The position numbers and the translations under genes were made by a program. The notes under the pieces are model-generated. The model was given only the letters and a program-made list of their open reading frames with translations, had not been told where the DNA came from and did not search any database. A DNA stretch of 63,832 bases, filler included, from Phoronis australis (taxonomy: Eukaryota > Animalia > Phoronida), in NCBI GenBank assembly GCA_002633005.1. It is 11 parts of 11 records of this genome, joined end to end, with 100 filler letters (N's around TTAATTAATTAA, not from the genome) between each part and the next. Parts side by side here need not be neighbours in the genome. Positions count along the whole stretch, not along the records: positions 60,856 to 63,832 come from NMRA01003296.1; 10 more parts are not named here. The stretch is one strand, 5' to 3'. Positions 63,799 through 63,832 of this stretch are shown piece by piece. Every line of letters begins with the position of its first letter. Within the stretch, counting starts at the first letter, position 1.

Positions 63799-63832
63799 TC
63801 AAAAGGTTCTCCATTAGTTGCCCGTGGCTCGT

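Overview
This is AT-rich animal (invertebrate-like) genomic DNA, not prokaryotic. It is not one locus: 11 unplaced contigs are joined by ten artificial 100-nt spacers (44N-TTAATTAATTAA-44N), so adjacency across spacers means nothing. Spliced gene fragments were read by hand, with splice sites and exon phases checked. They are a CRYZL1 exon, a CARD exon that splices in frame onto a SAMD9/SAMD9L-like ORF (SAM, Schlafen-like AlbA_2, SIR2-like; cut by the contig end), an intronless class A GPCR, five exons of a pancreatic-lipase-family gene, the last two exons of HMCES, the last three exons of a SCAMP, two exons of an ABCC (SUR/MRP-type) transporter, and an opposite-strand CASPR/neurexin-IV-type fibrinogen-like terminal exon. 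The rest is rich in repeats: Helentron-type (DINE-1/HINE-like) elements with satellite arrays, a LINE reverse transcriptase relic, two THAP relics (one Kolobok-like), several MITE families, Penelope-like hammerhead repeats, mini- and microsatellites, and a diverged multi-kb tandem duplication. The best candidate for a new system is the CARD-fused SAMD9-like immune sensor, whose Schlafen-like nuclease motifs look degenerate. The second is a tRNA-containing solo LTR (Helenus-like TRIM) nested in a MITE. Family assignments come from motif recognition and remembered homologue sequences; no database searches were run.
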